From NCBI RefSeq assembly GCF_006345805.1, contig NC_042997.1, forward strand, positions 43,524,001 through 43,588,000: a stretch of 64,000 bases of DNA, given 5' to 3'. This document shows, in pieces, positions 63,490-64,000 of the stretch; position 1 is the first letter of the stretch; the number at the start of each line of letters is the position of its first letter. The DNA is from Octopus sinensis (Eukaryota). The notes below the pieces were generated by a model that worked only from the letters and a program-made list of their open reading frames with translations, had not been told where the DNA came from and searched no databases. Position numbers and translations under genes: made by a program.

Positions 63490-64000
63490 GTATGGACGGA
63501 AAAATAGGCTGAGACCGCGTAAAAACTATATATAACTTCTTTGCATCATCATCATTTATATAAATATTATGAAACTATGGGAGTTCCCTGTCATTGCTTC
63601 CAGTCCCTATTAATTTTAACATTTTTATGACACTAAACTGAATGTTAACTAAATAAAGTTCTAGTCAAACAATAGGGTCGATGTAATCAACTTGCTAAAA
63701 CAAGAATTATTTTCCAGTACCAAATACTACAAAAAAAAAATCGAATTCAAATATGTAGTATTCGAATTCTGATGACAAACAATTATCCATATGAAAATTG
63801 GAAACTGTAGAATCTGGAGTACTCCTGTTTATATTTTTGGTTTTACAATAAACATTGCCTATTCCCGTATTAAATTTTTGGATATGTTCCATCTGTTTTC
63901 TTTTCAACTATGAACTAGTATAATATTCGTTTTATTTTCGTGTCGAGAAAAAGTGAGTCGTTTGGCATTAAATATGTAGCATTTCAATATTAGATTGGTC

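Overview
AT-rich, repeat-saturated animal genomic DNA; the SINE families and (TATG)n/(TA)n/(ATCT)n load suggest an octopus-like cephalopod (inference). No complete host gene, rRNA, true tRNA or CRISPR array is recognisable, and most long ORFs in the track are microsatellite translations. The window holds: (i) three tRNA-headed SINE families: a young ~390-bp family A with about ten copies, most with TSDs; a CORE-like family B with an internal microsatellite; a Deu/Nin-domain family C; plus old B/A hybrids; (ii) non-LTR fragments of the RTE (with C-terminal C2H2 fingers), CR1, Tx1/L1 and R4/Dong clades; (iii) mariner, pogo/Tigger, hAT and piggyBac-type relics and MITEs; (iv) seven non-autonomous Helitrons and a HINE-like element; (v) two motif-rich candidate promoters and a few splice-bounded candidate exons. 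Most interesting: a set of hammerhead-ribozyme folds in Penelope-type termini, including two in a near-perfect 143-bp inverted repeat and two copies with a CUGU-N-GA core; an internally deleted RTE (5' UTR fused to the last 44 nt); and retroelement clades each sitting inside one particular microsatellite. All ribozyme folds were read by eye and none has been computed or tested.
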